This document shows, piece after piece, positions 51,180-62,879 of a DNA stretch of 64,000 bases. Position 1 is the first letter of the stretch. Each line of letters begins with the position of its first letter. The notes below the pieces were generated by a model that was not told where the DNA came from, ran no database searches, and saw only the letters and a list, made by a program, of their open reading frames with translations. Source of the DNA: Lama glama (taxonomy: Eukaryota); assembly GCA_028534125.1 (NCBI GenBank), contig CM052817.1:66342001-66406000 (forward strand). Direction: 5' to 3'. The position numbers were made by a program, and so were the translations under genes.

Positions 51180-51460
51180 CTTCAAGCACTGTGCTGAGCG
51201 TTGGCATAAGGACAAAAAAGAAAATGTGGACCCATCCCTTATGAAATTGACAGTATAATAGGAGGCAGGGACATAAATTGGCATTTGCAATGTGTTGTAC
51301 AACAGTAGGGCTAAGTTCAGTGTTACAGGAGCTGACTTGAAATGAGTCATGCAGCATGAATTAGAGCTAGCCAGGAAAAGCAGGGACTTGATCAGGAATG
51401 ACCTTTGAAGGGGGAACAGCAAGTGCAAAGGCCCAGCAGTGAGCCAGTGGGAGCCAGTGG
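51180..51460 (-). mobile_element. L2 LINE fragment
   Basis: agcactgtgctgag...aggggaacagcaagtgcaaaggcccag. Confidence 0.65.
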
Positions 51461-51719
51461 ACAAACTGGCAGGAGCTAGGGGCATTTCACCATGGCCAAC
51501 CTTTTTCTTTTTACCCTGAAAGAGTGTCAATGTGATGATAATAATGACAATTCATTATTGATGTTGACAGTAATTGCAGATGCTGGAAAAGTAAACACTG
51601 AAGAAAAAAACTTCAGTTATACAAAAGTAATACTAACCACAGGCATTCGTAGTAACTCTTCATACTGTGTATCTAGTTAGATATGTAGATTTGTGTATCT
51701 AGCAGGGCATGTGAGTTGA

Positions 51720-51860
51720 GAATCACACTTTCAGATCTGAAAGAGACCTTGTGGGTCATTTAAATCAATTTTTCATTTTACAGATGAAGAAAATGAGGCT
51801 CAGTGATACTCAGTGACAGTTTCAAGGTTGGTCCCCTGGAGCAGAGCAAGGACACCAGAT
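51720..51860 (-). mobile_element. MIR SINE fragment
   Basis: tcattttacagatgaagaaaatgaggctcag core. Confidence 0.7.
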
Positions 51861-53622
51861 GAATAGAAATATGCTCTGTTGACTTAATTGTAGTGTAATT
51901 TTATTACAATTATAACTTAACATTTACAGTTATTTTCAAGACAGGCTATTCATGAGGCACAGTTACTTGTTCACCCTCAACATTCCCTTTCTCCAGTTGA
52001 AGTTTTCAGTACTATGATGATGAAATAATCACCAACCACAGAGCCTGTTTTGTTTAGGATTGTTCCTGTTCCAGTGTTGTGCACGTAAATTTGGGTAGCC
52101 GAAATAATCCCACTCAGTTCGCAGTGAGAATGTGGACCGTGGCTTGTCAAAATGAATCTGTGCAAGTATAGAATAGTGAGAATCCATAAAATGCAGTTCT
52201 GAAATTAAGCAGCCCATCATAGGGCTTTATAATGATAAAAGCCAGTGTTTTCATTATTTAAGCATTGTTGTTGGCAGATGGACCACAGTGGGCTTCAGAA
52301 TCAGGACTCACCCTAATAGAGAATAAGATTAACCATTTATTGAAATAGTGAGGATTGCACTAGAACAGAGCAAATGGAAATAAATCTTAAGAGAAACAAA
52401 ATGGGTATTACATGGGCCAATACGACAAGTTAATCCTCCCCCTTTTCAATCCCCAAGTGCAAATGGCAAGTTGCTTTAAGGCAGAGTCTATCTAATCTCT
52501 TTCACATCTGTTCTCTAAAGCCTTGTGGTAGACGGATATTTCGCTGCAGAACTGGCATTCAAACAGGTTCAGGAAAATGAAAATCCAGCAGTAGAATTAA
52601 ACCAAAGAATTGTGAAATTTGATCATTTTCCCCCATTTTTGTATTTCTGATTTCAATTTCCCGAATTTAGGAAGCAGGACAGCAGTAAAGCCACACGTCA
52701 TTACTGGACAATGGTACATTCTCGTAATGCCTTTTCTACCAGTGAAAGTATATTGGAAACCTATGGAGGGGAGCACAGATCCTGAAGTACAACTGATCTG
52801 AGTATCAGGTCCCTATGCTTGACTAACCACATACTGCAGTGTTTAGTCCCAAAGTCAAAGGATGCCTACCTAAGATGAAGCAAGTTTGCTTGATGCGACT
52901 TTACCCCAAACCCCAGTTTAGTTTCCTAGATAGCTAGGCTGAACTAGGTGAAAACTTCTCTTTGCTTTGACATAGCTACCTTTTACCTGAAGCCAAATTT
53001 CTGCAAAAAGACTTTATATCTCTCTTAAGCTCATTCTGAATCTTGGCTCTTCACATTCTAACTGTGAAGAAAAGCTGTCTAGAAGGGTGAAATCGGTAGC
53101 AAGAGGAAGCCCTAAAAAGTGGAAAGAAAACTGGGACAGAGATGCTAGGACCTGTCTCAGGTGTTACTCTCTTGTAAGGTACTGGGGCTCTACCCTTCTG
53201 GAAGGAAGAGCATTCAAAGAGCCAGAAAGAAATGTTGACCCTTATTTAGGCTTGCTTATGTCCGTCATTAGTCAACAAAGTGCCCTTAGCCCCTAACCAT
53301 GACTACTCTCAAGGCAAGAAGCAGAGAGCATCCTTGATCTCTCTCCCTTCAAGACTGTTGGAGTATAAGACAAGAATAGCAAGAGAGGAACTAGTGCTTA
53401 TCACAACCTTTCTGATATGCTTAGATTTGCCTAAAATTAAGACTCAGCATCTGGTGTGGGGGCCTGTGGACCACTCTTTCCCACTTCCTTGCTTCTAGAA
53501 TTAGAATCATAGGTTCACAGCATGTCACAGTTGGAAGGGACCCTAGAAGGCAGTCTAATGAAATACCTGGGCCTCTGGTACTCCATTCTTGCAAGTTGGT
53601 TATCATTTCTCCTTGAATACTT

Positions 53623-53711
53623 TTTTTTTAATTTAATTTTTAAAAGTCATTTTTTAATTGAAGTGTAGTCAGTTTACAATGTTAGTTTCAGGTGTACGGC
53701 AAAGTGAATCA
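53623..53711 (-). mobile_element. Short 5'-truncated young L1 (3' tail) with TSD, inside an L3/CR1-like relic
   Basis: ttttaattgaagtgtagtcagtttacaatgttagtttcaggtgtac; flanking repeat ccttgaatactt (53611-53622) / ccttaagtactt (53712-53723), 10/12. Confidence 0.7.
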
Positions 53712-53974
53712 CCTTAAGTACTTCTTGAAGAGTGAATGAAGACAGGGAAGGTGGAAGGAAGAGAACATTACCTGGGACTAAATAGCAGGCTCCATGCTAA
53801 ATGTTGTATGTATTTTACCATTTAAAACTGGTATCAGTTCTGTGAGTTATTGTTGTGTTTGATAAAAATCAACATTTACGAAAAACTCGGCTTGCTGACA
53901 GGTACAAGTGTAAGCAGTCATGCTGGGAGTAGATAGCCAGTCTTTCTGGACCCCAAATCTCATCCTTTTCACAC

Positions 53975-54190
53975 AGCAACTTTTACATTTTAATCCCTAG
54001 AACACTAATACTTGACATATTTAAAGGTATTATTGAAAAGGGGGTAATGAAGGAGTTTGAGGAAACACTGGGGTGAAAGATGTAATCAAGTTCTTTTTAC
54101 TGCAGGAATTCAGTCTTTTATGTGTTGATGCCCTCTGTGTTTCTCTCATGTGTGATAAAAACCTTCTAAATTTATTGACTATTTATTTAA
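53975..54190. mobile_element. hAT-Charlie MITE fragment (MER112-like)
   Basis: agtttgaggaaacactg...ttctttttactgcagga recalled from consensus. Confidence 0.35.
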
Positions 54191-54360
54191 CAGTCACAAC
54201 AGCCCTGTGATCAGGTGGCGTTATGCACGTTTTACATGTGCAGAAACAGGGCTTGGTTGCCTTGCCTAGAGTCACCCAGTAATGGGGAAGCTGTGATTTT
54301 GAACCTGGAGAGTGAGGCTCAGGAGTCTCAGCTCTTATCCGGTACACGGCACTGGTCCTC
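54190..54360 (-). mobile_element. MIR SINE
   Basis: cacaacagccctgtga...ttttacatgtgcagaaac...ttgcctagagtcacccag...gattttgaacc. Confidence 0.7.
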
Positions 54361-54909
54361 TGTGGCATTTGATGTGGCCTTAGCTAATTTATCACAAACA
54401 ACAGCTCCAGTGCCCAGTGCGATACCAGAGAAATCTTGAAGGGTAGGAAATGTACCAGTGTATTCAATAAAATCCATATAGGCTGGCAGAGACTCTGTGG
54501 GAGATACTCATTATTTAATATTTTATCAAGTAGCTGACCAATTTGGCCATAAATTATGTTAATAGCTATGTTTTCAGAAGACAGAAAATTATTATGGTAA
54601 ACATTAAAAAGAGAAAGTTTAATGTAATGATAATTTAAGGAAGCAAATATTTCACTAGTAACCTATTCTTTTTTCCTGTGATTAAGAACTTTCAATTTTA
54701 ATAATAAAAGTAGAGGCAAACCCTGATTTAATTAAAACTTTTAAAAGATTATTTTATTTTTTGATAAAAAAGTTATAGTTCGTTTTATAACATTAAAAAT
54801 AAACCATCCCTACTTTTACAAGCTAAAGACAGCCTATTTCAAATCCACTTTTATCTAAAACATAATTAATAACATTATTATAGCAGTAAGTATATGTATA
54901 TAATTATAT

Positions 54910-55090
54910 AGCAATTATTATTGAGCTCTTACTGGGTACAAAGCACAATGAAAGCAGCTCTCAGAGACTCTCTATGAAGCTGACATTTTATCTCTGTTTC
55001 ACAGATGAGGGACTGGGCCAAAGGTATCTTTGTTTTGCTTTTAAATGTAAGGAAGAGGTAGAACTGGGAATCAAATTTAGATCTTTTTGA
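54910..55090 (-). mobile_element. MIR SINE fragment
   Basis: ttattgagctcttact...tttcacagatgagggactg. Confidence 0.6.
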
Positions 55091-55830
55091 GAAAGCTCTT
55101 AAGTTTGTCTACTTAAGAAAAGTGCATGGCCTAGACTAAATAGTAAGGGTGGGTAATGGACCACATACACACACGTATATATAAAATAACATGTATATGT
55201 ATATACACACATATATGTACACACACATATATATGAAAGAACACATATGTGTATAAAATAACAGCTTACAGAGTCATTACTAAAATCTGTTAAGTGACCG
55301 GGTGAATTGGGATGAAGGGTAGAAAGTTTAACTTAACTAGGGGTAAGAGAATAAATTTGTGGGTGGAAGGTGCTAAAGTTAGTTCTAAATACAGTATGTT
55401 CATGGTTTCTATGAAAATTACTGGTGGAGATTCTTAGCGGACAGTTGAAATGTGAATATGAATTTAGAATTTATTTGGTTCTTTGGGGAGCGCTCAGCAT
55501 ATAGATAGTGGTTAAAACCATAAGTTTAATTGAATCATGAGACGTGAGGGAAGAGGGATGAAGATCAGATTCTAACAAGAAAAAATTCATTACATATTAT
55601 ACTTTCCTATAGAATTATTGACAGGCAGTAACATATATAGATAGTGTACATACAAAGAGATGTTTGTTATAAGTGTGCAATTCATGCTACAGAAATATAT
55701 TACATAATTCTTCTATTCACAGTAAAATATGCAAAGGAAAAAAAATATGGGATTTCTACCCTCATATACAATAAATCTCCAATAAAAGCATAAAAGGATA
55801 AAACCTCAATATCTTTAATTCATTGACAAC

Positions 55831-55835
<5 letters not shown>

Positions 55836-55871
<36 letters not shown>
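55836..55871. repeat. (TA)n microsatellite
   Basis: Directly visible. Confidence 0.95.
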
Positions 55872-55874
<3 letters not shown>

Positions 55875-56098
55875 AAGTAAAAACTTGGGTCTAGTTACAG
55901 CAACTATGAACAGGAAACATGAGTTTTTTTTAAATTTCTCACCAACACTGAAGTGTGATGAACCAAAAGAAAGAGGAACCTAACATACAGTATTTTTAGT
56001 GTTAAATGCAAATGATAAAATAATAGCAGAACCTCTGCTCAAGTGGAGCCTAACCTCAACACAGTGGCCAGAGTGACCCTTTGGAAACTTAAGTCAGA

Positions 56099-57488
56099 AA
56101 GAAGGAAAGGATATGAAATGGAGAAAAGGCAGTCTCTTTGAATCTTAACACAGTAGCCCAAGTGACTCTTTTAAGTTCACACAAAAATAAACTCAGAATG
56201 GTTTAAAGTCATAAACATAAGATGGGAAACCATAAATCTCCTAGAAGAAAACATAGGCAAAACATTCTCTGACATAAATTGTAGCAGTCTTCCTAGGTCA
56301 GTTTACCAAGGCAATAGAAATAAAAGCAAAAATAAACAAATGGGACCTAATCAAACTTACAAGCTTTTGCACAGCAAAATAAACCATAAACAAAATGAAA
56401 CAACAACCTACAGAACGGGAGAAAATATTTGCAAATGATGCAACTGATAAGGGCTTAATTTCCAGAATATACAAACAGCTCATACAACTCAATAACAACA
56501 ACAACAAAAAGAACCCAATGAAAAAAATGGGCAAGAGACCTAAGTAGATATTTTTCCAACAAAGATATATAGATGGCCAAAAGGCACATGAAAAGATGTT
56601 CGATATCGCTAATTATCAGAGAAATGCAAACCAAAACTACAATGAAGTGTCACCTTGCACCAGTCAGAATGGCCATCATTAAAAAGTCCACAAATGATAA
56701 TTGGTGGAGAGGGTGTGGAGAAAGGGAACCCTCCTACACTGTTGGTGGGAATGTAATTTGGTGCAGTCACTATAGAAAACAGTATGGAGGTGCCTTAAAG
56801 AACTAAAAATAGACTTACCATATGATCCAGCAACCCCAGTAATGGCATATACCTGGAGAAAAGTATAATTCAAAAAGACACATGCAACCCAGTGTTCACA
56901 GCAGCACTATTTACAATAGCCAAGACATGGAAGCAACCTAAATATCCATCAACAGATGACTGGATAAAGATGTGTGTGTGTGTGCGCGCGCGCGCGTATA
57001 AAACGTAATACTACTCAGCTACAAAAAAGGATGAAATAAAGCTATCTGTAGCAACATGGGTGGACCTAGACATTATCATAATAAGTGAAGTAAGTTAGAC
57101 AAAGACAAATATCACATCATGTCACTTGTATGTGGATTCTAAAGAAATGAGACCAATAAACTTATTTACAAAACACAAACAGACTCACAGACATGGAAAA
57201 CAAACAGGGGAAGGGGAGAGGAAGTAGGGGTAAATTAGGAGTTTGGGATTAGCAGATACAAACTACTATATACAGAATACTTGAAAAACAAGTTCCTACT
57301 GTATAACACAGGGAACTATATTCACTACCTTCTAATGGCCTATAACGAAAAAGAATATGAAAAAGAACATATATATATATATATATATACATACACACAC
57401 ATATATATGACTGAATCACTATGCTGTACACAAGAAACTAACACAAGATTATAAATCAACTATACTTCATTTGAAACAAAACAAAACA
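56099..57488 (+). mobile_element. Younger 5'-truncated L1 (cetartiodactyl/camelid type): ORF2 C-terminus plus 3' UTR
   Basis: ORF 56573-56806 encodes the ORF2p Cys-rich tail (HMKRCSISLIIREMQTKTT..RGCGE); (AAAAC)n tail; perfect 14-bp TSD aaacttaagtcaga at 56085-56098 and 57489-57502. Confidence 0.92.
56971..57000. repeat. (TG)7(CG)6(TA)2 alternating purine-pyrimidine tract
   Basis: Directly visible, inside the L1. Confidence 0.95.
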
Positions 57489-57502
57489 AAACTTAAGTCA
57501 GA

Positions 57503-58255
57503 TCTTCTCACTCTTAACCCTTTAGTGGCTCCTCCTGCTTTATCCAGAGTAAAAGCCAAAGTCTTTCCACCCACTTCTAAGGTCTCACCTGAGCGGACTC
57601 CCAGTAGTCCACTACCTTCCCCTCTTTCTCTCCTTCTTGCTAGGTGTGCTCCACCCACAGGGGCCTGTGGGCTGCCGTTGAAAACCCCTGGCATGTGTCT
57701 GCCTTAGGACCTCTCACCTAGCTGTTTTCTCTGGCTGCGGTGTTCCTCGGGTATCTGCTTTGCTACCTCCCTCACATATTCAAGGCTTTTCTCAAATATC
57801 ACCTTTTTAATAAGTCCAGGTAAGGCCTGCCCAGACCATCCCACTTAATACTACCATCTGCTCCCTCCCATCTAACCCCAGCCCTTTTTCAAACCATTTA
57901 TATCTTCTAATACACTATATAATTTATATAATCAGCAAATCTAAGAATCAACAATTTTCAGATGTACCATTATTTTATGGTACAACTAGGAAAGAAGAAA
58001 AGCTGCTGATCAAACCATGATATGCCACCGATTGTTAGATGCACCCAGATATTAGTTGTTAAAAATGTGAAGAAATTTCTCTCCCAGACTTAATGAAATG
58101 CAGATTTATTATGTCTTTTTTTCTCCATCTCCCTGTGCCAGGATATAAAGTTATAACAGCAAAGATCTTTGTATGTTTTGCTCACTGATATACCCCAGGT
58201 GCTTAGAACAGTGCTTGCTAATGGGTTCTCAATAAACGTGTGTAAAATCAGTTGT
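57503..58255 (+). mobile_element. L2a LINE (host of the young L1; 5' piece at ~56050-56098)
   Basis: cacagtggccagagtgaccctttggaaacttaagtcaga|tc...agagtaaaagccaaagtc...ttttgctcactgatatatccccaggtgcttagaacagtgcttg. Confidence 0.8.
57925..58103. mobile_element. MER104-like Tc2/mariner MITE nested in L2
   Basis: accattattttatggtac...gccaccgattgttagatgcacc...gttaaaaatgtg...atgaaatgcag matches recalled MER104 consensus. Confidence 0.6.
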
Positions 58256-58469
58256 TAAGTTTATCCTTTAGAGAGAAATCGCCCTAGACTAAGTAAAGAT
58301 TAAATCAAAGGTATAATGAATGTCATCCAGAGATTATAAGCTGGGAGCAAAGTGGCTCAAGTAAGTTACCTCTGGATGAAGAATCAGTTCATGACTCCGG
58401 ATGGTCACCTTAGAAGGTTGGGAATGGGCATATGTGCAGCCGTTGATGGGATATACGTAGATCACGTTA

Positions 58470-59027
58470 TGTGCATCAGTTATGCTGTGTACTGTGTTGC
58501 CCCAAAACTTAACAACTTAAAATAACCCACATTTATTATCTCATAACTTCTGTGAGTTAGGAATTTGAGCACAGCCTAGCTGGGTCCTCTGTTTCAGGAT
58601 CTCTCATAGGCTGCAGTCAAGGTATTGCCTGACTGTCCTCGTCTCAGAATTTGACTGCAGAAGGATCTGCTTTCAAGTTCAGGTGACTACTGGCAGGATT
58701 CAGTTTCTCATAGACCATTGGACTGAGGGCCTCAGTTCCTTGCTAATTATTGGCCAGAAGTTTCTTGCCCTGTGGGCCTCTCCAATATGGCCCACTTCAT
58801 AAAAGCATGCAAATCAAGAGGGCAATAGAGAGAACCTCCTGGCAATACTGAAGTCAAAATCTTTTTTAGTCTAATCAGAGACGTGGCATACCATTACCTT
58901 TGCCATATTCTATTGGTTAGAAGCAAGTCACTAGGTTCAGCCTACACTTACGGGGAAGCATTACACAAGGGCATAAATATCAAGAGGTGAGAATCACTGG
59001 GGACTATGTTGGAAATCTGCCTACAAC
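58470..59027 (-). mobile_element. MaLR solo LTR (MLT1E/F-like)
   Basis: aaaacttaacaacttaaaa...catttattatctca...ctattggttagaagcaagtcactagg...aatcactgggg. Confidence 0.8.
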
Positions 59028-59104
59028 GTTATGTAAAGACATCTTTGGAACTGCATGTGTAGGAAGAAGGATGTATTTGCCTGTAGAGGACCTAAGCAGG
59101 ATGC

Positions 59105-59590
59105 TTTAGTAGACATATTCCAGAGTGTATGTTAAACAACATTCTTAAGTGGGTCTCCCCTCCCTCACTTTTGATCATAGTGGTAGATTTCTGATAATAA
59201 CACCTCTCTGACCACAGCTGATTGGATACAGAGTAGATACCTGACTCAAGCCAGGCCAGTTAAGTTCTACTCCATAATTTTTTATTTTGGACTAAAAAAT
59301 TCTAGTTCAGTATTACTTTGAGAGAGGCTATAATCTTAAGAACTGTGACTTGATCATCTTCTGTCACATGCAGTGAGAAGGCAGAAAAAAAGATCTTCAG
59401 AGGAAAGGGCAAAGATGTTTACTGAACTACAGAGACAAAAAGTCTGAAGGATTTTCTGTTCACATGTCCAAGCATTTCTATAATAACCTTCCACGAGCCC
59501 CTTCTGTATTGTTATAAATTTCCACTTTCTTTTTAACAAAAGCAAGCTCAAGTTGGTTTTGCAACTTTCAGCCAGAGTTCTTACTAATTA
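59105..59590 (+). mobile_element. Old ERVL/MaLR LTR (MLT1K/L- or LTR33-like)
   Basis: tgattggatacagagtagatacctgactcaagccaggcca...aagctcaagttggttttg...ttactaat. Confidence 0.45.
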
Positions 59591-60526
59591 CCTCTTTATG
59601 AAGACTTTCAAAGTGCCTTTGTCACCATGACTATGAATATAACACATTGTGATGACATTTTTAAACAAAAACATAGGGAAAAGTTGAAGAGAAAGAAGGC
59701 CTTGAGCCTTGGTCCAAATTACAGTGCAATGTAAGTTTTTGGCAAAGTGGTTATTGTTTCACTACTTCAATCTTTATAAGGCTTAAAAAGAAAGCATGTC
59801 AAGTAGGGATAGGTTTATAAGACCCCCTGTGGAACTAAATAGGCAGGAGTCTGAATGGTGAGAATTGTCTCAAGGCACATCTAAAGCATAATGGCTTCTG
59901 TCTAGTCATCTCTTAATCATGGTGATACATTTGTTTACTGAAAAATTTGAAATGAAAGAAAAATAGCAAGCTGTAACACTAGGCTCTTAAAATATTGGTT
60001 GAAACTGACAAAATAAGATCGTTATGTTTGAATGGAAACTTTGTTTGTAACCATGCTTTTGTAAAGGTTTTTCAGTTTTTCTGCATTGCTAAAAAAAATC
60101 ACAGCATGTTCTAAGAATCTTGAAATACTTAGACTGTAAAAGAATGAGTAATAGTTGAAATGTTGTCTGCACTGCCACTTCCTTTATTTGAGTTTGTTTA
60201 ATCAGCCTCTAATCTCATTTCAAGACACTGTCAGACAAGTCACCTCTTAAATGGCTGAGTTTGGACTCTTTTTAGTGCAATGTCAGTTCTCTTTCTTTCT
60301 CGTCTTGGCTTGAACAAGGTTTATATGTATAGCTCCTGTTTCATGCTCAGTTTCGCTAATGCACAGAGAGTAGCTGCCTCCACATGTAGTAATCTTCCAG
60401 GTCTTAGCCAACGACTTCTCAGTGGATGGTCGCTGCATAGAATTGACTTGCTTTTTCTACTGTTGACTCAAAAGAGACCTCCTAGTCAGGTGAGATTACA
60501 TGCCAAGCTAAAGTAAAATATTAAAA

Positions 60527-60555
60527 GAAGAGAAGAAGAAGAAGAAGAAGAAGAA
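60527..60555 (+). repeat. (GAA)n trinucleotide repeat, ~8-9 units
   Basis: Directly visible. Confidence 0.9.
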
Positions 60556-61394
60556 AACCCCAAAGATGGAACACTTTTCGAACTCAGTGAGTTATGTTAG
60601 AGAGCTTTTCCTTTTGTTCACATTCTCACCTAGGACAAAAGTGTTTGGTGGAAAGGCTCTGCCAAGCCAAGAGCGAAAGTTTCAATCAACAGATCTTGCA
60701 CTTACTGTGTGTTCCTGAGCAAGTCACTTCAGGACAAAGGTTTCATAAGAAAAATCTCTGGGCTTTATTCACTGATGACTGATGTAATCCCATTGGTGGG
60801 GGAAATTGGCCATCTGTGAATGGCATCCACTGGTGTGCGTAGGTGTGAGTGGGTAGCACACGAGCCTCCTGGGCAAATTTCTGCCAAGCTGTCCTCAGCT
60901 CAGAGGCTAAATAAAGATGAGAAACTGTTATGTGATATGGAGACAGAGCCATTGCAAGACCAGAAAATATCATTAGCTTCATCATAAATCAGAATTGTTA
61001 TGGAACATGGCAATATCCCTTTAATACAGTAATGTATTGAAGCATATGATGAAAGTCTGCAAATTCGTAATTTTGTCTCAACTTCTAATCCTACCACCTT
61101 AGTTTCTGATAATTTCATCGGTCCCCCTCTATAGACCTTCTAGTGGTTGTTCCCAACTGCAGTTTCCAGTATTCCTAATTCATGTTGCCAGGTTCTGCCG
61201 CATTAGTCTACATTTATGAGAGCTGTTTCACAATTTAGGGCCATGGTTTACTTGCAAAGAATGTTGATGGCATCACACGCAGGGGCTCTTTTGGTGTCAA
61301 AGCCCCCCCTCTCCCTCCTTCCCATTTCATTCAATTTTATTTTCTTCATTATTCATTTCCCCCCTGCCCTCCCTAATAGGTAAACACACCGTTA

Positions 61395-61481
61395 TTACCT
61401 TTTTAAAATCTGGGGGAAGAAAATCTGAATTCTACAACACATTTGGCCTGGGAGGGTTTTAGATGATAGATTTTGGATCTG
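61395..61481. mobile_element. Tigger-type MITE end (MER46C-like)
   Basis: aaatctgaattctacaacacatttggcc...gggttttagat...ggatctg resembles the MER46C terminal region. Confidence 0.45.
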
Positions 61482-61699
61482 TGTAGCTTTTACTATTATT
61501 ACTACTATTTCTAAGGCTGTCATTTCTTCTCTATTCCATTATTATGTTACATTTTTATTCAAATGTCCTTCTCCAACACTCTTTGTACTTTCTTTCCAGT
61601 AAACTTTTGTTTGAAAGTTAATAGGATCTTTCCACAAATATAGAGGGAAAACCACCCATAATCCTACAACATTTTAACAAAGTAAGACATAAAAGGCCA

Positions 61700-62870
61700 A
61701 ACCTCTGTCCCCACTACCCAGTGCTATTCACCAGAAGAGTTACTATATAAATTTTGTACCATTCTATTTTTTTCCAATTTGTATAAATGTGTCTATGCTT
61801 TATATATAGTCTAAAATATACTTATATTTATGAAAATTAAAACTTACAACTTTGCTATTTACTTTTTGGATTTGACTTTCCACTGTGATCATCTTTTTAG
61901 CTTACCACCAACAGATGTCCTCAGTTCTTTTTCATGAATGCCCGCATTCCAGTATTGTGTGTGTGGCATAATTTATTTTATAGTTCTCCCACAGATAAAA
62001 ATGAACTGTATAAACAACCTCCAACATATACTTTTAACCAATGAGGATGGATTTATAAAGGTAAAACTGCTTAGTCAAAGATACGTAAATTTTAAATGTT
62101 AATTAAATGTTAATTTAACATTACATTTCGAAAGATTCTATCAATTTGCATTCTCACGAGTGGTGTATTAGAGGGCTTACCACCTGGCCAGAACTTGATG
62201 GATGTTATGAAACCTTTTATTTCTTGCCAGTCTGGTAAGTGGAAGATGTCTTATCCTTATTTATATTTGCATTTTCCTAATTAGTACTCAGGCAGACCAT
62301 GGTTTTGTTTTTTTTTTTTCTGCTCCTATTCATGTTCCTCCTCCTGCTCCTTTTTCTTGATTCTCTGGTTTCTTCTTCAGGGAATTCCCTTTTCCTTTCT
62401 TTTTCTTATTCATTTTTAAGAATACGTGGTAAAGTACAAACATCAATTATTTTCTAGCTTTTATAAAATAAAATTCCCATAGACTTCCCATGGCCTCTTA
62501 ACATTCTTTGTGTTTGTCAGAGGTACTTGTTTTGGGTTTTTTGGGGGGATAATTAGGTTTATTTATTTATTTGTAATGGTGATCCTGGGGATTGAACTCG
62601 GGACCTTGTGCTGACTAAGCAAGCACTTGACCACTGAGGTATACCCTACCCCCTTGTCACAGGTACTTGTGACTGACACAGTCGGATCTCTTTATTTTCC
62701 CCTCTTTATGGTGTATGGATATCCTGTTTTATTTAAGAAGGCCACTTCTATTCAGCGTATATGTAATTATTTTTCTATATTTTATTCAAATATTTTTTAG
62801 TTTTATTTTTTAATTTAGATTTTTAATTTGTCTTGCATTTTTCAAATGGTGTAAGGTTTTAGTTTTTAAA
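61700..62870 (-). mobile_element. Old L1 (L1ME-like) 3' fragments
   Basis: caatttgcattctcacgagtggtgta, atttgcattttcctaatta and similar antisense L1 motifs; decayed. Confidence 0.5.
62531..62653 (-). mobile_element. Camelid tRNA-derived SINE (Vic-1/SINE_Vpa type)
   Basis: Minus strand GGGGGTAGGGTATACCTCAGTGG (A box)...GAGTTCAATCC (B box)...AATAAATAAATAAACCTAATTATCCCCCC tail; 17-bp TSD ttgtca(g/c)aggtacttgt at 62514-62530 and 62654-62670. Confidence 0.88.
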
Positions 62871-62879
62871 ACAACATAA

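Noticed and set aside
62092..62125. AT-rich tandem plus inverted repeat (taaatgttaat x2, ttaacatt)
   Set aside because: Short, AT-only and within decayed L1; likely slippage.
62531..62653. tRNA gene
   Set aside because: Has SINE tail and TSD and a degenerate cloverleaf; it is a SINE.
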